A stretch of DNA of 32,000 bases from Pseudomonas aeruginosa (GTDB lineage Bacteria; Pseudomonadota; Gammaproteobacteria; Pseudomonadales; Pseudomonadaceae). Both the position numbers and the translations under genes were made by a program. Below, one piece after another: positions 25,564 to 32,000 of this stretch. The stretch is taken from NCBI RefSeq assembly GCF_001457615.1, contig NZ_LN831024.1, forward strand, positions 3,750,001 to 3,782,000, given 5' to 3'. Every line of letters begins with the position of its first letter. Position 1 is the stretch's first letter. The notes beneath the pieces are model-generated. The model saw only the letters and a list, made by a program, of their open reading frames with translations. It searched no databases and was not told where the DNA came from.

Positions 25564-26328
25564 TCAGCCCCTGGGCACCTCGCCCTCGCCTTCCCGCGGG
25601 CTTTCGGCGATTGCGGTCTCGGTGTAGACCATCACCTCCAGCACGTCCGAATGGAATTCGCGGCGATACAGGACCAGCACCACGCCGGCCGTCACCAGCA
25701 TGAAGAACCAGGAATTGATGAACCAGGCGAGCATGGCCAGGCCGAAATAGTACGAGCGCAAGCCGAAGTTGAACTGGTTGGCCGCCAGCGAGATGACCCG
25801 GGCGGCACGCTCGGCAAAGGATTTGCGCTCCAGCTCGCCGACGTTGCGCTCGCCGATCATCGGTGCCGAGCCGACCAGGATCGCCGCGAAGTTGTATTGG
25901 CGCATGCACCAGCTGAAGGTGAAGAAGGCATAGACGAAGACCACTGCCAGGCACAGCAGCTTCAGTTCCGATAGTCCCCGGCTGGCCTCCTCCACGAACG
26001 GCAGGTCGGCCAGTACCGAGACGGCGCGATCGGTGGAGCCCAGCAGGGTGAGGATGCCGGCGAGGATGATCAGCGTGCTGGAGGCGAAGAACGACGCGTT
26101 ACGCTCCAGGTTACCGATCACGCTGGCGTCGGCGATACGGTTGTCGCGCAGCAGCAACCGGCGCATCCAGTCCTCCCGGTAGAGGTGCAGGACGCTGGCC
26201 AGGCAGGCGGTGTCGCGACCCTTCCAGGTGGCGTAGCGGGTGTAGCCCACCCAGCAGAACAGGAACCAGAGCGCCGCCAGCAGGTGTTGCAGCAGGTGCC
26301 CGTTGAAAATGCCGAGTTCGGCGGTCAT
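25564..26328 (-). CDS. DUF599-family membrane protein
   Basis: 254 aa from MTAELGIFNGHLLQHLLAALWFLFCWVGYTRYATWKGRDTACLASVLHLYREDWMRRLLLRDNRIADASVIGNLERNASFFASSTLIILAGILTLLGS, characteristic of DUF599. Confidence 0.85.
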   Translation of the reverse strand: MTAELGIFNGHLLQHLLAALWFLFCWVGYTRYATWKGRDTACLASVLHLYREDWMRRLLLRDNRIADASVIGNLERNASFFASSTLIILAGILTLLGSTDRAVSVLADLPFVEEASRGLSELKLLCLAVVFVYAFFTFSWCMRQYNFAAILVGSAPMIGERNVGELERKSFAERAARVISLAANQFNFGLRSYYFGLAMLAWFINSWFFMLVTAGVVLVLYRREFHSDVLEVMVYTETAIAESPREGEGEVPRG

Positions 26329-26430
26329 GAAAACTCCCTCTTGAGCCGGCCGGGAATCGCCCCGCCGTTGTTTCGCGCCGTTGGGACGCCGCTCGCCGCG
26401 GCCAGGACACGACTTTCGTCGGCTCATGAA

Positions 26431-26454
26431 AAAGGCCGCCCGGAGGCGGCCTTC
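26431..26454 (-). terminator. Rho-independent terminator downstream of braB
   Basis: Plus AAAAAGGCCGCC-CGGA-GGCGGCCTT; on the minus strand a 9-bp stem followed by TTTTT. Confidence 0.85.
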
Positions 26455-26473
26455 CTGGGGTTCGCCTGACGTC

Positions 26474-27787
26474 TCAGGCGACCGCTTCGCGCGGCTTGCC
26501 CAGCAGCCGATCGCAAACGACTGCCAGGACCAGCGCAATGGATACCGGCAGCAGCCAGCCAAGGCTCTGATCGGCGAGCGGAAGCTTGGCGAAGACGTCC
26601 GGCACCCACCCGTTCAGCTTGGCCGCCCCCAGCCCGTCGACGATGCCGAAGAGCAGCGCGACGATCATCACCGGCACGAACACCCGCGGGGCCGACACCC
26701 AGAGCCGGTCGAACAGGCTCAGGGCGATCAGCACGATGGCGAGCGGATAGAGTCCCACCAGAACCGGTACCGAAAGGCTGATCAACTGGGTCAGTCCCTG
26801 GTTGGCGACCAGCAGGCTGAACAGCGAGAACACGATCACCACCGTCTTGTACGAAACCGGCAGCAGGTCGCTGAAGAACTCGCCGCACGCCGTGATCAGC
26901 CCTACCGCCGTGGTCAGGCAGGCCAGGGTGATGACCACCGCCAGCAACAGGCTGCCGGAAACGCCAAAGGTCTGCTGCACATAGGCGGTGAGGATCTGTA
27001 CGCCATTCTGGGCGTCGCCGGCGATGCCCTGGCTGGTGGCGCCAAGATAGAACAGCGCCAGGTAGACCAGGGACAGGCCGGTGGCGGCGATGACCCCAGC
27101 GATCATGGAATAGCGCGTGACCAGCCGGCTGTCGCTGATGCCGCGGTCGCGAATGGCGGTGGCGATGACGATACCGAAGACCAGCGCACCGAGGGTATCC
27201 ATGGTCAGGTAGCCCTGCAGGAAGCCCTGCACCAGGGGCGCGCTCTGGTACTCGCCGGAACTGCTGCCGATCTCTCCCGCCGGCGCGAAGATCGCCGCGC
27301 CGCCAAGGACCAGCAGGGCCGACAGCAGCACCGGCGTGATGACCTTTCCGACCCGGTCGACAAGGCGACCCGGGTTCAGCACCAGGAACAGAACCACGGA
27401 GAAGTAAGCGACGGTATAGATGAGCAACGGCACGCCGCCGTCCCCGGTGAAGGGCGCGACGCCCATCTCGAAGGACACCACGGCTGTACGCGGGGTGGCG
27501 AACAGCGGGCCGATGGCAAGATAGACGGCGATGGCGAACGCCACTCCCGCGCGCCGCCCGATCGGCTGGGTCAGGCGGCCAATACCGCCTCCGACCCGGG
27601 CCAGGGCGACCACCGTCAGCAACGGCAGGCCGACACCGGTAAGGAGGAAGCCGAAAGCCGCGCTCCATACGTGTTCGCCCGCCGCCATGCCGGCACTGGG
27701 AGGAAAGATGATGTTACCCGCGCCGAGAAAAAGCGCGAACGTCATGAAGCCAAGGGCGAGCAGGTCGAACCCTTTCAAATGAGTCAT
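26474..27787 (-). CDS. braB: Branched-chain amino acid transport carrier protein
   Basis: 437 aa from MTHLKGFDLLALGFMTFALFLGAGNIIFPPSAGMAAGEHVWSAAFGFLLTGVGLPLLTVVALARVGGG; LIVCS (BraB/BrnQ) family signature, adjacent to sucCD as in P. aeruginosa. Confidence 0.95.
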   Translation of the reverse strand: MTHLKGFDLLALGFMTFALFLGAGNIIFPPSAGMAAGEHVWSAAFGFLLTGVGLPLLTVVALARVGGGIGRLTQPIGRRAGVAFAIAVYLAIGPLFATPRTAVVSFEMGVAPFTGDGGVPLLIYTVAYFSVVLFLVLNPGRLVDRVGKVITPVLLSALLVLGGAAIFAPAGEIGSSSGEYQSAPLVQGFLQGYLTMDTLGALVFGIVIATAIRDRGISDSRLVTRYSMIAGVIAATGLSLVYLALFYLGATSQGIAGDAQNGVQILTAYVQQTFGVSGSLLLAVVITLACLTTAVGLITACGEFFSDLLPVSYKTVVIVFSLFSLLVANQGLTQLISLSVPVLVGLYPLAIVLIALSLFDRLWVSAPRVFVPVMIVALLFGIVDGLGAAKLNGWVPDVFAKLPLADQSLGWLLPVSIALVLAVVCDRLLGKPREAVA

Positions 27788-28038
27788 AGGAGGATGTACC
27801 ACTGGCAGAAGTCTCGGTTGTTCGGGGTTTCCCTTTGGGGGTGTTAGGAAACAACGTCCTTCCGGATGAGGAGGACCGGTCAAGCCGCCCGACCCCTTTT
27901 GAGGGCCATGTGGCGTTATAGCTGCAGGCGCACTGGCCTGCGGGATGATGCGTGGCGCGCCCGGGGTTTTGTCGGACACGAACCGTTGGCAATGATAGCG
28001 CATCGCGGCAACATTCGTTTGACGGATGCGATAGAACG

Positions 28039-28072
28039 ACGAAGGCCACCGCTGTGAGGCGGTGGCCTTCGT
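28039..28072 (-). terminator. Strong inverted repeat downstream of sucD (probable transcript 3' end)
   Basis: ACGAAGGCCACCGC-TGTGAG-GCGGTGGCCTTCGT: perfect 14-bp stem, 6-nt loop. The T-tract after it on the minus strand is poor. Confidence 0.6.
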
Positions 28073-28097
28073 CCTGGAACTCAGAAAACCCGGGAAA

Positions 28098-30151
<2,054 letters not shown>

Positions 30152-30479
30152 GCTTGTCTACCGTTATTCGTCTAGGTATTGCGCATTTCGGCGGAGCGCT
30201 CGTGGCGCCCCACCACCTGTGACCGTCGTTTCGCGAACCACCCGGCTCGCGAAAAAACAGTCCGGCGGCATACGCCCGCGGCCACCTCGCAACGGTCGCC
30301 GGCGCTCACCCGCCGTGGTTCTTCTGAAAGTCTGCCGCCTGCGGCATCCCGACGCAGGCGGCAAACCGTGGATTCTACAGAACCCGGACCCGACAAGGCC
30401 AGGAACCTGTCCTGGCCTGACGGACGACGCGTCCCGCGTCGCTGTGACGCCCCTGGCGTGAACCGGGGCGTCGGATCAC

Positions 30480-31919
<1,440 letters not shown>

Positions 31920-31984
31920 TCAATCCTTATTCGGGTGAAACCGGACGGCCCCACGAGGGGGCCGCCGTGAAGAGAAACGCTAAA

Positions 31985-32000
31985 TCAGACGTCCAGCAGC
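31985..32000 (-). CDS. sucB: Extreme C-terminus of 2-oxoglutarate dehydrogenase E2 (partial)
   Basis: Minus strand GCTGCTGGACGTCTGA = LLDV-stop, upstream of lpdG as in the sucAB-lpdG order. Only about 5 codons are visible, so the call rests mostly on synteny. Confidence 0.6.

Overview
This 32 kb window has typical Pseudomonas aeruginosa chromosomal sequence: high GC, and gene content and order I recognise from PAO1 (roughly the PA1586-PA1616 segment, recalled from memory and not looked up). It is core or housekeeping DNA. I see no prophage, transposase, integrase, CRISPR array, tRNA or rRNA. From left to right it holds: sixA(partial)/DUF4389/gpsA (-); a tightly packed trio of TonB-dependent receptor, periplasmic ABC-type substrate-binding protein and GacS/BarA-like hybrid sensor kinase (+); fabAB (+); a 4-helix-bundle chemoreceptor (+); an HxlR regulator (+); a DUF3859 protein (-); an amidohydrolase (-) whose start codon overlaps that of a divergent amino-acid-type solute-binding protein (+); a MarR regulator (+); a periplasmic molybdenum-hydroxylase cluster (2Fe-2S subunit, Tat-exported large subunit, triheme cytochrome c) (+); an AraC regulator (-); a stand-alone PanB paralogue (+); a dienelactone hydrolase (-); htpG (-); a membrane protein (-); two overlapping hot-dog thioesterases (-); a small lipoprotein (+); a DUF599 protein (-); braB (-); sucD/sucC (-); lpdG (-) and the extreme C-terminus of sucB (-). 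I do not find a clear, previously undescribed multi-gene defence or mobile system. The most worthwhile leads are (1) the receptor/binding-protein/kinase trio, (2) a perfect 16-bp palindrome at the predicted promoter of the molybdenum-hydroxylase cluster, (3) the solo PanB paralogue divergent from an AraC regulator, (4) the CCATGG-overlapping divergent start codons, and (5) several sequence-visible regulatory elements (sigma-32-type htpG promoter, DesT-like palindrome before fabA, hairpins between lpdG and sucC).
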